Virus record (IMG/VR): IMGVR_UViG_3300023214_000431
Source of the DNA: an uncultured virus (IMG/VR IMGVR_UViG_3300023214_000431)
Taxonomy: Duplodnaviria > Heunggongvirae > Uroviricota > Caudoviricetes
DNA: 58,125 bases
Direction: 5' to 3' (one strand)
The position numbers and the translations under genes are program-made. Shown one piece after another: positions 57,057 to 58,125 of this stretch. A model generated the notes under the pieces. That model did no database searches, was not told the origin of the DNA, and saw nothing but the letters and a program-made list of their open reading frames with translations. How positions within the stretch are numbered: the first letter of the stretch is position 1; each line of letters begins with the position of its first letter.

Positions 57057-57577
57057 ATGGGCGAATCGTTCGACAAGAGCTTCGAGAAGGCCATCAAGGC
57101 CACCAAACCAAAGCCCCGCAACCCAACGATCAAACGAACTGGCAAAACCGTCAAAGTACGTATGGGCGCTGGACAAAAAGTTCATGCGGCCGATGTACTA
57201 CGAGACGTGGACAAATCAGGACGACCCACCGAAGGGGTCTGGGTGCGATGTAGCAAAAGCGGCCCTGTTATGTGGCCGCACCATCAACCCTCAGTCGCTT
57301 ACCAGACGATGCCCCTGTGACATGCGTGAAATGCGATCCGCAAGCACAGTTTGAAATTCGAGGACCCTACCACGAGTTACCGCTTTACGAATGGCACGGG
57401 ATGCTCAGCAATCTCGCCCGCTCGCATGGAGGAAAGCTCTACAAATCTTCCAGCCGTGCTCGTCGAGTGAAAATACGTGTACCCTTTGGCGCAGGCGAAG
57501 CCATGAACCGTGACGCTGAGCCCTTCCGGAGCGCAAAGCGCGAAGTCATTGTAAAAGAGACTGAACAACAACCCTAG
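57057..57577 (+). pseudogene. FxxxF-leader family gene with Zn finger, apparently frameshifted near 57255-57272
   Basis: MGESFDKSFEKAIKATK leader; KVHAA...VRC in one frame and DAPVTCVKC in another. Confidence 0.55.
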
Positions 57578-57906
57578 TTCATCCCAACGCCCACAAACCC
57601 GCGCAGGAACGAAGCGAGTGGGCGATTGAGGCGTTGCGCGAGGGCGCGTGCCCGGCCTGCGGGTCCCGGCCCCAGGTAGACCGGTAGGCTGCGGCGGCGG
57701 GTCACTGGCTCGTCCGCTCGACAGGGCACCACACGCTGTCCTAGTCGCTCCTGCGGCGTCGCTCGACCGAGGGCATCGCGCAGGTATGCCGCCAGGCTCG
57801 TGTGACCCGTGGCATGGAAATTCTCAGCCAGGATGTCGATTTCACTTGACCGAAAGGAAACCATGCCTCGATATGCGCTATCCCCTCGTGTCATCTTGGA
57901 TGTCAT
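57574..57906 (-). CDS. Tandem ribbon-helix-helix regulator
   Basis: MVSFRSSE...SLAAYLRDAL and LPVYL...A..LA......LASFLR. Confidence 0.65.
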   Translation of the reverse strand: MTSKMTRGDSAYRGMVSFRSSEIDILAENFHATGHTSLAAYLRDALGRATPQERLGQRVVPCRADEPVTRRRSLPVYLGPGPAGRARALAQRLNRPLASFLRGFVGVGMN

Positions 57907-58068
57907 TTCAGTATGTTAGCAGAGAAAAGTGCAATTGACGCACTACAATTTCCTCACACTTCGACCTAAGTCACAGGATGCCAATGGGACGAGTAAATAA
58001 TTTCTGTCAACCCCCTTTTTTTCCTCAACGATTCCGCATGTGTATGGCGCGTTCCATTTTTGTCAAGA

Positions 58069-58125
58069 GGGGGGTAGGGGGAGGGGTGGTAGGGGGTGCT
58101 GTATTCCCCATGCCTGCCTACCCCC
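58069..58125 (+). other. G-quadruplex-capable tract with flanking inverted repeat
   Basis: G6-TA-G5-A-G4-TGGTA-G5; GGGGGTAGG (58070) complements CCTACCCCC (58117). Confidence 0.6.

Larger units (their letters stand above)
1..58125 (+). mobile_element. Segment of a large tailless (probably membrane-containing) bacterial virus or provirus
   Basis: Dense co-oriented ORFs with overlapping stop/start codons, mostly of unknown function. Lysis enzymes, collagen/LamG fibres, capsid-like gene, helicase and small regulators present; no host housekeeping genes; no terminase/portal/tail recognised. Confidence 0.85.

Noticed and set aside
1..58125. Tailed phage (Caudoviricetes), gene transfer agent or contractile injection system
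   Set aside because: No terminase, portal, HK97 capsid, sheath, tube or baseplate motifs recognised; cannot be fully excluded without profile searches
1..58125. Integrase, att sites, packaging ATPase, DNA polymerase, reverse transcriptase/DGR, tRNA or rRNA
   Set aside because: No supporting motifs seen; the only Walker A found is in the UvrD helicase. tRNAscan was not run.

Overview
The whole window reads as one tightly packed, mostly plus-strand segment of a large bacterial virus or provirus genome. No HK97 capsid, portal, terminase or tail genes are recognisable. Instead it has a candidate single-jelly-roll-type major capsid gene (2087-2656) preceded by a conserved-looking membrane protein, about 15 membrane-anchored proteins, very basic DNA-binding proteins, a transglutaminase-like cysteine protease, spike/collagen fibre genes and four peptidoglycan-degrading enzymes. 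These suggest a tailless, internal-membrane virion (inference). It also carries a large glycosylation kit (five glycosyltransferase genes with seven GT domains, a sugar C-methyltransferase, FkbM and an SDR) and a right arm with PadR, RHH, HAD and UvrD genes. A Gly-rich lipoprotein weakly hints at a Myxococcota host. Two patterns are visible directly in the sequence. First, about ten unrelated small ORFs share an N-terminal F[DE]xxFxxA[ILM]xA helix plus basic linker, which may be a virion-packaging tag for cargo proteins. Second, a hydrophobic-x-Gly motif recurs in the capsid N-terminus and many virion proteins and may be the protease site. The packaging ATPase, polymerase/primase and integrase are not in this window. 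All fold and family calls come from motifs read by eye; no searches were run.
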